Shown: positions 8,587 through 17,883, numbered from the stretch's first letter. The stretch is 64,000 bases of DNA from Candidatus Krumholzibacteriia bacterium (GCA_041908585.1 JAYRFB010000201.1:3694-67693); one strand, 5' to 3'. Notes: generated by a model not told the origin, from the letters alone. Translations and numbers: made by a program.

Positions 8587-10098
8587 TCAACCGACGGTGG
8601 TCGTCTCCAGCCAGGCCCTCGTGCGTTCCGGCAGCCGCAACGCGCGCACCACCAGGGCCAGGTTCCGCTCCTCGGCGCGCCGCAGGCGCGCGCACTCCTC
8701 CGCCAGACCCGCGGCTCCGCCTGCACTGGCGGCCGCGGCCTGCGTCGCGAAGCAGGCGCCGCAGCGCCGAAGCGCCCAGCAGTCGGCGCAACCCGCTGAC
8801 ACGGCCTGATGGAAACCCTGCTGCAGACGACGCACGCGCCGCGGCTCGAGGCCCGTCGCGAGATCGCCGATCGGCATCGCGTTGCCGGTCCGCTCGCACG
8901 GGTGCAGGGAACCGTCCGGCATCACATGGAGCTTGCGCCGCCCCGGTCGGCAGTTGCCGCCGGGCGTCCACGTCGGGCCCGGGCTCCGGCGCGAGCGGTG
9001 ATGCCAGCGGATCAGCACGGGCTCGCAGAGGGCGCGCGCCACGGGCCCTGCGGCGGCGTGGTTCCCGGCGCTCAGCGCCGCCAGGAAGCGCCGCTCCTGC
9101 CGCGCGAACGGCTCGGCCGGCGCTCCTGCCTGCCCGGCGTCGGCGGCCCAATCCAGCCCGCGCAGGTCGGCCAACCCCACCCGCAATTGCGGCGCACCGG
9201 CCAGGCCGCGCCGCCGGTACGGCGGGAAGGCCGCGAAATATTCGGCCACCGCGTCCAGGTCGACCGGCGGCGCCAGCGTGACGTTGAAGACGAGCCGCGT
9301 GGCGGCCGCCGGGTCGCGCGCCAGCAGGCGGTCCAGCCCGGCCTCGATCGCGGCGTGCGTCGGTCGTCCGGCGGCGTCCACGCGATGCCGGTCGTGCGCG
9401 GCGGCGGGTCCGTCCAGGCTCACCTGCAGGTGCATGCGCTCGGTCGCGACCAGGTCGATGACGCGCTCGTCCAGCAGCACGCCGTTCGTGTCGACGGCGA
9501 ACCGGACGCGCCCGCCCGCCGGATGCGCGCGGACGGCGGCCACCACGGCCGCGACCAGGTCCGGCTCGAGCAGCGCCTCGCCGCCGTAGAAGGAGATCAC
9601 GGGCGACCGCGCGCCGTCGGCGCGGTCGAGGAACCAGCGCGCGGCCCGGACGGCCGTCGCCTCCGGCATCGCCGATGAACCATGCGGCCGGACCCAGTCC
9701 AGGTGGCCGCCGTGCGCGCAGTAGCGGCAGCGCAGGTTGCAGCGCTCGGTCACCGTCAGCACCAGATGCTGCAGGTCGCGGTCGCAGTGGCCGGCTCGCG
9801 ACCACCGCAAAGGCGGGGGCACCAGGCGCGGTCGGCCCGCCAGGAAGAGCCCGCGCTCGCGCCGCCCGCGCTCGATCGCCGCGAAGGCGGCGCGGACGGT
9901 CGCGGCGCCGAACCGCGGTGCCAGGTCGGCCAGCAGCGCACGGCGCGGCTCCAGGCCATAGCGAGGCAACACGGCGGCCAGCGGCGGCTCGACCTCGAGC
10001 AGGCTGTTGGCGTGGACGTCGTAGAAGCAGTCGCGGCCATCGACGTTCAGCACGTGGCCGAACGGCGCGCGACGTTTCCCGGCGTTGCCTGTGGACAT
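8587..10098 (-). CDS. Radical SAM enzyme with a C-terminal SPASM-type auxiliary cluster domain. It is a putative peptide-modifying maturase.
   Basis: A CNLRCRYC (CxxxCxxC) motif lies about 120 aa from the N-terminus. The C-terminal cluster is CADCWALRRCGAC, with an additional ...HPCE... Cys. The roughly 115-aa N-terminal extension preceding the rSAM core could be an RRE-like domain. Confidence 0.85.
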   Translation of the reverse strand: MSTGNAGKRRAPFGHVLNVDGRDCFYDVHANSLLEVEPPLAAVLPRYGLEPRRALLADLAPRFGAATVRAAFAAIERGRRERGLFLAGRPRLVPPPLRWSRAGHCDRDLQHLVLTVTERCNLRCRYCAHGGHLDWVRPHGSSAMPEATAVRAARWFLDRADGARSPVISFYGGEALLEPDLVAAVVAAVRAHPAGGRVRFAVDTNGVLLDERVIDLVATERMHLQVSLDGPAAAHDRHRVDAAGRPTHAAIEAGLDRLLARDPAAATRLVFNVTLAPPVDLDAVAEYFAAFPPYRRRGLAGAPQLRVGLADLRGLDWAADAGQAGAPAEPFARQERRFLAALSAGNHAAAGPVARALCEPVLIRWHHRSRRSPGPTWTPGGNCRPGRRKLHVMPDGSLHPCERTGNAMPIGDLATGLEPRRVRRLQQGFHQAVSAGCADCWALRRCGACFATQAAAASAGGAAGLAEECARLRRAEERNLALVVRALRLPERTRAWLETTTVG

Positions 10099-10353
10099 GG
10101 CCCGCCTCCGGGCACCCGGGCCCGCGGCCCGACAGGGACCGGTCCGGTGTTGCCGGTGCCATCATGTCCCGGGGCCGTTCCGTCCGGCGGAACGGCGAGC
10201 ACGAATGGCCCCGGCGGGCCGCTGCGCCGCTGGGAACACTGGCCACCGAGCCGCTGTTTTCGTTCCTTCAGGGGTGGCCCTGGCTTCGGCCGGCGGGCCT
10301 CGCAGCGGACGCGCATCTTGAGAAATCCCACCGGACTGCGGACAGCCCTGGAA

Positions 10354-10369
10354 CCGGCACGCGCCTTGC
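10354..10369 (+). promoter_or_regulatory. Candidate sigma-54 (-24/-12) promoter upstream of prkA.
   Basis: cGGCACG-cgcc-TTGCg at 10354..10369 matches the TGGCACG-N4-TTGCW consensus with correct GG/GC spacing. It lies about 90 nt upstream of the prkA ATG. E. coli yeaGH is known to be NtrC/sigma-54 dependent. Confidence 0.4.
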
Positions 10370-10457
10370 GGGCACGCGGTTCGCGGGATGAGTCCACCAA
10401 CCTCCCGGCCGGACGCGCATGACGCCCCGGCCCGGCGGATCCTGACGGGGGTCGACC

Positions 10458-12518
10458 ATGATCGAGAACCGGAAGAACACGCTGCACAACCACCTGCTGG
10501 CCCTCAAGGGCGGCGAGAGGCGGTTCGAGAACGCCTTCGAGGCGATCAGCCGCATGATCCTCGACGCGCCCATCGAGAAGGTGGTGGTCAACGGCAAGAC
10601 GACCTACGACTTCAAGATCTTCCGGGACGGGAAGAAACACATCGTCGGGATGTATGACGAAATCAACAGTTTCGTCTCATACGTCAAGGATGCGGCCGAG
10701 GGCGGGTCATCGCAGGAGATGGCCTATGTCCTGGTCGGCGAGCCCGGCAACGGCAAGACCTTCTTCGTGGAGTACGTCAGCCGCCTGTACCGGGAGTTCC
10801 TGGCCCAGGAAGCCAACCGCCGCTACAGCTTCCGCTTCACCGGCCTGGACAGAATCGGCACATACGGCCGGATTGCGGCCATCGAGAGCCAGACCTACGA
10901 GGACCCCGCGGTGCTCGCGATGAACCTCCTGGAGACCCCCGGGGAGAGCCGCGACTACCTGGCCCGCAAGGTGGGCTTCAGCGACGAGCAGCTGGACCGG
11001 ATGTACGCCAACTACCGCCCCCTGGGCGCCTGCAGCGGCTACATCTGGAGCGACCTGCGCCGCCTGCACGACGGCAGCCTGGTCGAGATGCTCAAGCACG
11101 TCGAGACCTTCGCGGTGCCGCTGACCGAGAGCCTGGGCACCGTCACCGGCAAGTACCCGGCAAAGGACAAGATCACCAGCAGCGCGGTGGACCTGCTGGG
11201 CGAGGAGTCCATCCAGCGGCTGCTGCACATCACCGACACGAACAACCCCTACCGCTTCGACCTGCGCCGCGGCGCACTGGCGCGCGTGGCCGGCGGAGGC
11301 ATCCACTTCTCGGACGAGATGTTCAAGAACAAGAAGGACCTGGTGCAGGTCTATCTGGGCGTCATCCAGAACCGCACCATCGAGATGGACGGCTTCAGGT
11401 GGCCGATCGACACGCTGATCATCGCCACCAGCAACAACAGCGAGTTCAACCGCTTCCTGGCCGAGAAGGAGGAGGCGCCGATCATCGACCGCTGCCGCGT
11501 GTGCTACGTGTCGCACAACACAAACTACCGGCTGCAGGGCCAGCTGACCCAGTACGCCATCGGCGGCGAGACCAAGACGACACTGAACCGCGAGGTGCTC
11601 CACCAGGACCCGAACCTGAACTACGCCGCCTCGGTGGCCGCCATCCTGACGCGCCTGCCGCGCAGCGAGAAGCTGACGCCCATCGAGACGATGAAGCTGG
11701 CGGCCGGCGAGGTGGCCGGCGAGAAGAGCATCAAGGCCCTGGCCGAGGTCATCGACACGCTGAGCCAGGACACCGACATCACGGCGCGCTTCGGCCAGAA
11801 GGGCCTGGGCCAGCGCAACCTGGGCCGCGCCATCCAGCTGATGGTGGAGAGCTCGGAGACGAACGAGGGCGAGTGCATGTTCGCCTACGACGTCTTCAAG
11901 GCGATCGAGCGCGTCATCCTGGACTACGTGCACGACAACAACGACCGCGCGAAGTACCTGGAGGACCTGAAGACCGCCCGCGGCCTGTACCGCGAGCGCA
12001 TCATGACCGAGATGTTCAACGCCTACATGGACGAGCCCCAGGCCATCCGGAAGGACGTGCTGAACTACGTCAACATGATCATCGGCATCGACGCCGAGCA
12101 CCTGGGCCCGGACAAGATGTGGAAGTACAAGGACCCGCAGACGGGCGAGCTGCGCGCGCTGAAGGTGGACGAGCGCTTCATCAAGAGCATCGAGGAGCGC
12201 CTGTCGCTGAAGACCGACGAGCAGCGCGAGACGTTCCGCACCTCGATCCGCAAGATCTACGGGCAGAAGATCTCGCTGGACCCGAACTACGACTTCATGG
12301 ACAACCTCGAGCTGGTCAAGGCCGTGACCGACGTTCGGCTCAAGAGCGACATCGCCGGGGCGGGCAGCCTGATCGGCGCCCTGGCCAACCGGACCAACGA
12401 GGAGAACCAGAAGCTCTACGACCGCATGATCGACACCATGCTCGGCAAGCTGGGCTACTGCCGCACCTGTGCGCAGAAGACGATCGAGTACTTCTGCACG
12501 CAGGAGGACGAGAACTAG
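10458..12518 (+). CDS. prkA: PrkA-family serine protein kinase (AAA+ N-terminal domain plus PrkA C-terminal domain).
   Basis: 686 aa with the Walker A LVGEPGNGKTFF. Full-length resemblance to PrkA/YeaG, and the gene is followed by yeaH-like and spoVR. Confidence 0.95.
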   Translation: MIENRKNTLHNHLLALKGGERRFENAFEAISRMILDAPIEKVVVNGKTTYDFKIFRDGKKHIVGMYDEINSFVSYVKDAAEGGSSQEMAYVLVGEPGNGKTFFVEYVSRLYREFLAQEANRRYSFRFTGLDRIGTYGRIAAIESQTYEDPAVLAMNLLETPGESRDYLARKVGFSDEQLDRMYANYRPLGACSGYIWSDLRRLHDGSLVEMLKHVETFAVPLTESLGTVTGKYPAKDKITSSAVDLLGEESIQRLLHITDTNNPYRFDLRRGALARVAGGGIHFSDEMFKNKKDLVQVYLGVIQNRTIEMDGFRWPIDTLIIATSNNSEFNRFLAEKEEAPIIDRCRVCYVSHNTNYRLQGQLTQYAIGGETKTTLNREVLHQDPNLNYAASVAAILTRLPRSEKLTPIETMKLAAGEVAGEKSIKALAEVIDTLSQDTDITARFGQKGLGQRNLGRAIQLMVESSETNEGECMFAYDVFKAIERVILDYVHDNNDRAKYLEDLKTARGLYRERIMTEMFNAYMDEPQAIRKDVLNYVNMIIGIDAEHLGPDKMWKYKDPQTGELRALKVDERFIKSIEERLSLKTDEQRETFRTSIRKIYGQKISLDPNYDFMDNLELVKAVTDVRLKSDIAGAGSLIGALANRTNEENQKLYDRMIDTMLGKLGYCRTCAQKTIEYFCTQEDEN

Positions 12519-12520
12519 GC

Positions 12521-13927
12521 ATGGACGACCGCGCGCGGACATGGCTGGAGCAGTTGCGGGCCGCCGGGCTGGACCCGGCGCGCGAGGCGCGCCTGCGCGC
12601 CGAGCTGGAGCGCGGCGGGCAGCATGGCCTGCCGGAGGCGCCAGCCCGGCCCGACTACACGCCCGGCCTGACGCCCCTCGAGTCCGTGGTGAACTCGTTC
12701 TACACCCATGGCGACCTGGACCGGCTGCAGGCGCTCGCGCCGCCGACCGCGGCCCCCATCGCGCGCCTGGGCTCGCTCGACGACCTCATGGAGCGGGACA
12801 ACCGCCGGGAGGCCGACGGCTTCCCGCGCAAGATCCGCATCGGCAAGCTGGTCAAGCCGGGCAAGGGCGGCCGCGGCAAGGTCGTGGTGGTGCCCACCAC
12901 GGTCGAGGAGAAGCTGATCCACGATCCCCGCTTCAAGGAGGAGGGCGACGGCGGCGGCGCCCAGGGCGGCAGCGGCCCCGAGCAGGAGGGCGAGGTCATC
13001 GGCGAGCAGCCCGTCCGCCCCCAGGACGGCGACGGCGGCGGCGCCGGCCCCGGCCAGGGCGACGGCGCCAGCCACGAGATCGAGTCCAACGCCTACGACC
13101 TGGGCCGCATCCTGACCGAGCAGTTCAAGCTGCCCAACCTCAAGGACAAGGGTAAGCGGCGGTCGCTGACGCGTTACAGCTACGACCTGACCGACCGCCA
13201 TCGCGGCTTCGGCCAGCTGCTGGACAAGAAGGCGACGCTGCGCAAGATCGTCGAGACCAACGTGGCGCTGGGCCGCCTGGTGCCCGGCGAGCCGGCCGAC
13301 ACCAGCTCGTTCATGGCCGCCCCGCGCGACAAGGTCTACCGCATCCTCTCGCGAGAGAAGGACTTCGAGTCGCAGGCGGTCATCTTCTTCCTGCGCGACT
13401 ACTCGGGCTCGATGAGCGGCAAGCCCACCGACGTCGTGGTCAGCCAGCACGTCATGATCTACAGCTGGATCCTCTACCAGTACGCCGGCCAGGTCACCTC
13501 GCGGTTCGTGCTGCACGACACCGAGGCCAAGGAGGTCGGCGACTTCTACACCTACTACAACAGCCGCGTGGCCGGCGGCACCAAGGTCGCCTCGGCGTTC
13601 AAGCTGGTGAACGAGATCGTCGAGCGCGAGAGCCTTGCCCGCGACTACAACATCTACGTCTTCCACGGCACCGACGGCGACGACTGGGACAGCGAGGGCA
13701 AGGAATGCCTGCCCGAGATCGAGCGGATGATGGCCTACGCCGCCCGCATCGGCGTGACCGTGGCCGAGGGCTCGTTCGGCTCGCCCGGCCAGACCGAAGT
13801 CGAGAAGTACCTGAAGGCGTCGGGGCTGCTGGAGAGCCGGCGCAAGCAGCTGCGCCTGGACGTGATGTCCGAGAACGCCGAGGAAACCAGGATCATCGAG
13901 GGCATCAAGGCCCTGATCAGCGAATAG
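12521..13927 (+). CDS. yeaH: YeaH/YhbH-family (DUF444, UPF0229) protein with a vWA-like C-terminal domain.
   Basis: The ATG at 12521 is 2 nt after the prkA stop. A Gly/Asp-rich region (GDGGGAQGGSGPEQEGE) and the conserved C-terminal block (FFLRDYSGSM, VFHGTDGDDWD) are present. The longer 842-aa ORF is a frame-shared artefact upstream. Confidence 0.9.
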   Translation: MDDRARTWLEQLRAAGLDPAREARLRAELERGGQHGLPEAPARPDYTPGLTPLESVVNSFYTHGDLDRLQALAPPTAAPIARLGSLDDLMERDNRREADGFPRKIRIGKLVKPGKGGRGKVVVVPTTVEEKLIHDPRFKEEGDGGGAQGGSGPEQEGEVIGEQPVRPQDGDGGGAGPGQGDGASHEIESNAYDLGRILTEQFKLPNLKDKGKRRSLTRYSYDLTDRHRGFGQLLDKKATLRKIVETNVALGRLVPGEPADTSSFMAAPRDKVYRILSREKDFESQAVIFFLRDYSGSMSGKPTDVVVSQHVMIYSWILYQYAGQVTSRFVLHDTEAKEVGDFYTYYNSRVAGGTKVASAFKLVNEIVERESLARDYNIYVFHGTDGDDWDSEGKECLPEIERMMAYAARIGVTVAEGSFGSPGQTEVEKYLKASGLLESRRKQLRLDVMSENAEETRIIEGIKALISE

Positions 13928-13936
13928 GCGGCGCCG

Positions 13937-15589
13937 ATGCAACTGATCGACCAGCACGCCAAGCGCATCATGGAGGGCTGCAAGGAGCGCGCCCGCGACG
14001 CCGGCTTGCGCTTCGCCGACGAGACCCTCGAGTACGTGGTGACCAATCGCGACCTCCTGGAACTGTCGCCCAAGGTCATGATCCCCACGATGTACGACTA
14101 CTGGGTGCACGACGTCGAGGTGCTGCAGGGCAAGGGCCGCTACGAGCTGTACCCGAACAACCCGTTCGAGACGGTGGTCAACACCCGCCCGGCCATCAGC
14201 TTCTACAACGACAACAATCCCGACTGGCTCAACGTGATGATCTTCTACCACGTGCTGGGCCACATCGACTTCTTCCAGAACAACCTCTACTTCGCCCACA
14301 CCTGGGACGACGACTTCGCCGGCCAGGCCCTGGCCGACAAGCGGGTCATCGCCCGCCTGCGCTCCGAGAAGGGGCGCTGGGTCGACTACGTGATCGAGTT
14401 CGCCCGATCCCTGGACAACCTGGTCGACTACCACGGCCTGCTCGCCGAGCGGATGCGACCGGCCCGTGACGCCTTCCCGGCCCGCGTGGACTACTACTTC
14501 GACATCTTCCTGCAGGACGAGAAGAAGGTCCGCATCGGCGACTACGTGAAGGAGATCGAGCGGTTCAACGAGGCGCGCCGCCGCGCCGGCGACGCCGGCG
14601 AGGATGAGTTCTTCAAGGGTGTCCAGGCCCGACACCCGGAGTTCCGCGCCATGTTCGAGAAGGCGCGCCCGCCCCGCGAGCGCGGCCGGCGCGACGTGAT
14701 GCGGTTCGTCCTGGAGCACTCGGAGTTCCTGAACCGCGAAGAGAACAAGTGGATGAAGACGATCGTCGAGATCGTCCGCAACACTTCCCTCTACTTCCAG
14801 CCGCAGATCCGCACCAAGATCATGAACGAGGGCTGGGCCAGCTACTGGCATGAGACGTTGTTCATGCGCGACGATCGCATCTCCGGGCACGAGGTCGACT
14901 TCGCGCGCGTCAACGCGGCCGTCACGGCCATGCCCCGCGTCGGCCTGAATCCCTACGCGTTGGGCATGCGCCTGTTCTACTTCATCGAGGAGGCGGCCGA
15001 CAAGGGTCGCTACAGCCGCGAGTTCCTGGGACTGCTGGACGCCGACCAGCGCCGGCGCTTCGACACCGGCGCCGGCACCGGGCGCGAGTTCATCTTCCGG
15101 GTTCGCGAGAACCTCAACGACTTCCTGTTCGTCAACACGTTCGTCGAGCAGGACTTCACCGACCGGCATGACCTGTTCGTGGCCGACCGCGTCCTGGACG
15201 AGAAGCGCATGGTCTGGCGCTGGTTCGTCAAGAGCCGCAGCGCCGTCGACTACCGGCAGATGCTGCTGGACCAGCTCTACCACCCGCCGCTGGTGACGGT
15301 CGAGGGCGTGGACGCCAAGGATGGCGCACTGAGCCTGCAGCACGCCTTCGAGGGCAAGCCCCTGGTCAAGGACTACGTCCACAACACGCTGCTGGGCCTG
15401 GAATTCCTGTGGGGCGGCAAGGTCCAGCTGGAGACCACCGAGGTCAAGGCGATCAGGAAGCCCGACACGAAGCAGCCGACCCTGCCCGGGCTGGCGCCGA
15501 CGGTCGAGGCGCCGGAAGAGGCGGAGATCCAATGGCAGCGCGTGCGCTACACCATGAAGGACCGCAAGCTGAGCCGGGGGCTGGTTTGA
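13937..15589 (+). CDS. spoVR: SpoVR-family protein (YcgB-like).
   Basis: 550 aa with the typical SpoVR N-terminal block (WVHDVEVLQGKGRYELYPNNPFE...YHVLGHIDFFQNN). It has the canonical position after prkA-yeaH. Confidence 0.9.
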   Translation: MQLIDQHAKRIMEGCKERARDAGLRFADETLEYVVTNRDLLELSPKVMIPTMYDYWVHDVEVLQGKGRYELYPNNPFETVVNTRPAISFYNDNNPDWLNVMIFYHVLGHIDFFQNNLYFAHTWDDDFAGQALADKRVIARLRSEKGRWVDYVIEFARSLDNLVDYHGLLAERMRPARDAFPARVDYYFDIFLQDEKKVRIGDYVKEIERFNEARRRAGDAGEDEFFKGVQARHPEFRAMFEKARPPRERGRRDVMRFVLEHSEFLNREENKWMKTIVEIVRNTSLYFQPQIRTKIMNEGWASYWHETLFMRDDRISGHEVDFARVNAAVTAMPRVGLNPYALGMRLFYFIEEAADKGRYSREFLGLLDADQRRRFDTGAGTGREFIFRVRENLNDFLFVNTFVEQDFTDRHDLFVADRVLDEKRMVWRWFVKSRSAVDYRQMLLDQLYHPPLVTVEGVDAKDGALSLQHAFEGKPLVKDYVHNTLLGLEFLWGGKVQLETTEVKAIRKPDTKQPTLPGLAPTVEAPEEAEIQWQRVRYTMKDRKLSRGLV

Positions 15590-15612
15590 GCCGGGAGCCG
15601 ATCAGCCAGGCC

Positions 15613-17883
15613 ATGGCCGCCCTGCGCGCGGCCCAGCGCGGGCTGGACCGCTCGCAGGCGTTGCCGTTCACGCAGTTCCTCGAGTTGCTGCGGGCGCACC
15701 CCGAGCGGCTCATCCGCAACGTGCACCAGGTCTTCCACGACATGGTGCGGGCCTACGTGGGCGAGGGCTTCGACGAGTATCCCGAGGACCCCGAGTCCAT
15801 CAACTTCATCGCCTACGACTTCCGCCGCCTGTTCGTCGAGGGCACGGACCAGCCGTTCTTCGCCGACCGCATCTTCGCGAACCGGTTGATGAGCGCCATC
15901 GACGCCTTCCGCGGCGGCGCGCAGCAGAACAAGATCTTCATGTTCGACGGGCCTCCGGGCTGCGGGAAATCCATCTTCCTGAACAACCTGCTGAGGCGCT
16001 TCGAGGAGTACGCCGCCAGCGAGGCCGGCCTGCGCTATGAGGTGGTCTGGCGCCTGGATCGCCAGGCCCTGGGCGACCACGCCGACCCGGACGCGCCGCC
16101 GGTACTGGAGCGCCTGGCCGCGCTGCTGGACCACGCCGGCGACGGGTCAGGCCTGCGCGACGACGCCGAGGCGCACCGCCTGGCCCCGCGGCAGAGCTTC
16201 GTCGAGGTGCCCTGCCCCAGCCACGACAACCCGATCCTGCTGGTCCCCAAGGAGCAGCGGCCCGCGTTCTTCGACCTGCTGTTCGAGAACGACGAGTTCA
16301 AGTGGAACCTGTCGTACAACAAGGAGTACGACTGGGTCTTCCGCGACCTGCCCTGCACCATCTGCACATCCCTGTACCAGGCGCTGCTGCACAAGCTGGG
16401 CGACCCCGATCGCGTGTTCTCCATGATCCACGCCCGCCCCTACCAGATGGATCGTCGCCTGGGCGAGGGCGTCAGCGTGTTCAATCCCGGCGACCGCACG
16501 GCGCGCACACCCGTGATCACGAACCCGCTGCTGCAGCGGCGGATCAGCGCGCTCCTGCAGGACAGCAACCAGGTGCGCTACCTGTTCTCGCGTTACGCGC
16601 GCACGAACAACGGCATCTACGCGCTGATGGACCTGAAGGGCCACAACCGCGACAGGCTGCTGGAGCTGCACAACATCATCAGCGACGGCGTGCACAAGGT
16701 CGACGAGATCGAGGAACGCGTGAACTCGCTGTTCCTGGGCGTGATGAACCCCGAGGACAACAAGAACATCCACGGGTTCCAGTCGCTGACCGACCGCATC
16801 GAGTTCATCAACATCTCGTACGTGCTCGATTCGTCGACCGAGGTCGAGATCTACAAGAACATCTTCGGCAAGCACATCGAGGACAGCTTCCTGCCGCGCG
16901 TCCTGGAGAACTTCGCGCGCGTGATCATCTCGAGCCGGCTCAACGAGAAGTCGCCGGCGATGCTTGACTGGATCGGCGACCCGAAGAAGTACCGCCTGTA
17001 CTGCGACGAGAACCTGCACCTGCTGAAGATGACGATCTACACGGGCCTGATCCCGTCCTGGCTGGACGAGGACGATCGCCGGAACTTCACGGCCAAGCGG
17101 CGGCGCAAGATCATCGCCGAGGCGGAGACCGAGGGGCACCGCGGCTTCAGCGGGCGCGACGCCATCGACATCTTCCACGACCTGTACTCGACGCAGGCGC
17201 GCGACGACCAGCTCATCACGATGGACACGCTCTGCGGGTTCTTCACCAAGGCGCGCCCGGACCTGGCCAAGCAGCTGCCGGCCGGGTTCCTGGACTCGCT
17301 GCGGCGCATGTACAACTACCAGATCCTGCAGGAGGTCAAGGAGTCCCTCTACTACTACAACGAGGACCAGATCGCGCGCGACATCATGAACTACATGTTC
17401 GCCCTCAACTACGAGACCGGCACCACCGCGGTCTGCTCCTTCACGGGCGAGAAGCTGGAGATCACAGGGCCGTTCCTGGCGGCCATCGAGGACCGGCTGC
17501 TCGGCGCCAACGTCCGCGAGGGCCGACGCCAGGAGTTCCGCGAGTCCACGCAGCGCGAGTACACCTCGGCCACGCTGACCCAGGAGATCCTGGTCGAGGG
17601 CCGCGACATCCGCGAGACGCGGCTCTTCGGCGAGCTGCACAAGCGCTACGTGTTCCACCTCAAGGAGAAGGTGCTCGAGCCGTTCCTCCGCAATGCCAAC
17701 TTCCGGCGCGCGCTCAAGGATTACGGCACCGAGGACTTCCGCACCTACGACCAGCGCATCCGCGCCGACGTGACGTTCCTGATCACGAACCTGAGTGACC
17801 GCTTCGGGTACACGGAGAAGGGCGCTCGCGAGATGTGCATCTACGTGGTCGACAACGACATCGCGGCCGAGTTCGCCGACTAG
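15613..17883 (+). CDS. Second PrkA-like AAA+ protein, a paralogous PrkA-family putative kinase.
   Basis: Walker A FMFDGPPGCGKS and about 756 aa, with the same domain order as PrkA. Possible starts are the ATG at 15613 or a TTG at 15586 that overlaps the spoVR stop. Confidence 0.6.
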   Translation: MAALRAAQRGLDRSQALPFTQFLELLRAHPERLIRNVHQVFHDMVRAYVGEGFDEYPEDPESINFIAYDFRRLFVEGTDQPFFADRIFANRLMSAIDAFRGGAQQNKIFMFDGPPGCGKSIFLNNLLRRFEEYAASEAGLRYEVVWRLDRQALGDHADPDAPPVLERLAALLDHAGDGSGLRDDAEAHRLAPRQSFVEVPCPSHDNPILLVPKEQRPAFFDLLFENDEFKWNLSYNKEYDWVFRDLPCTICTSLYQALLHKLGDPDRVFSMIHARPYQMDRRLGEGVSVFNPGDRTARTPVITNPLLQRRISALLQDSNQVRYLFSRYARTNNGIYALMDLKGHNRDRLLELHNIISDGVHKVDEIEERVNSLFLGVMNPEDNKNIHGFQSLTDRIEFINISYVLDSSTEVEIYKNIFGKHIEDSFLPRVLENFARVIISSRLNEKSPAMLDWIGDPKKYRLYCDENLHLLKMTIYTGLIPSWLDEDDRRNFTAKRRRKIIAEAETEGHRGFSGRDAIDIFHDLYSTQARDDQLITMDTLCGFFTKARPDLAKQLPAGFLDSLRRMYNYQILQEVKESLYYYNEDQIARDIMNYMFALNYETGTTAVCSFTGEKLEITGPFLAAIEDRLLGANVREGRRQEFRESTQREYTSATLTQEILVEGRDIRETRLFGELHKRYVFHLKEKVLEPFLRNANFRRALKDYGTEDFRTYDQRIRADVTFLITNLSDRFGYTEKGAREMCIYVVDNDIAAEFAD

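Noticed and set aside
8363-10246. 627-aa minus-strand ORF overlapping the rSAM gene.
   Set aside because: It is an Arg/Ala/Gly/Pro-rich alternative frame over the rSAM coding region. Only its last 62 codons, after the in-frame ATG at 8551 with an RBS, look like a real gene, and I kept those as the candidate peptide.
10346-10369. Alternative sigma-54 alignment using TGGAAC at 10348 as the -24 element.
   Set aside because: With that choice the GG-to-GC spacing is 17 nt instead of 10-11. The GGCACG-N4-TTGC register beginning at 10355 fits the consensus, so only that register is reported.
11399-13927. 842-aa ORF.
   Set aside because: Its first 374 codons are an alternative frame inside prkA. 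The real YeaH-like gene starts at the ATG at 12521, 2 nt after the prkA stop.
10707-17658. Very long minus-strand ORFs (10707..12542, 12515..15532, 15547..16134, 16147..17658).
   Set aside because: They are all antisense to the prkA/yeaH/spoVR/prkA-like genes, which have strong family signatures. Their composition is low-complexity Ala/Gly/Val/Arg, typical of antisense GC-rich coding DNA.
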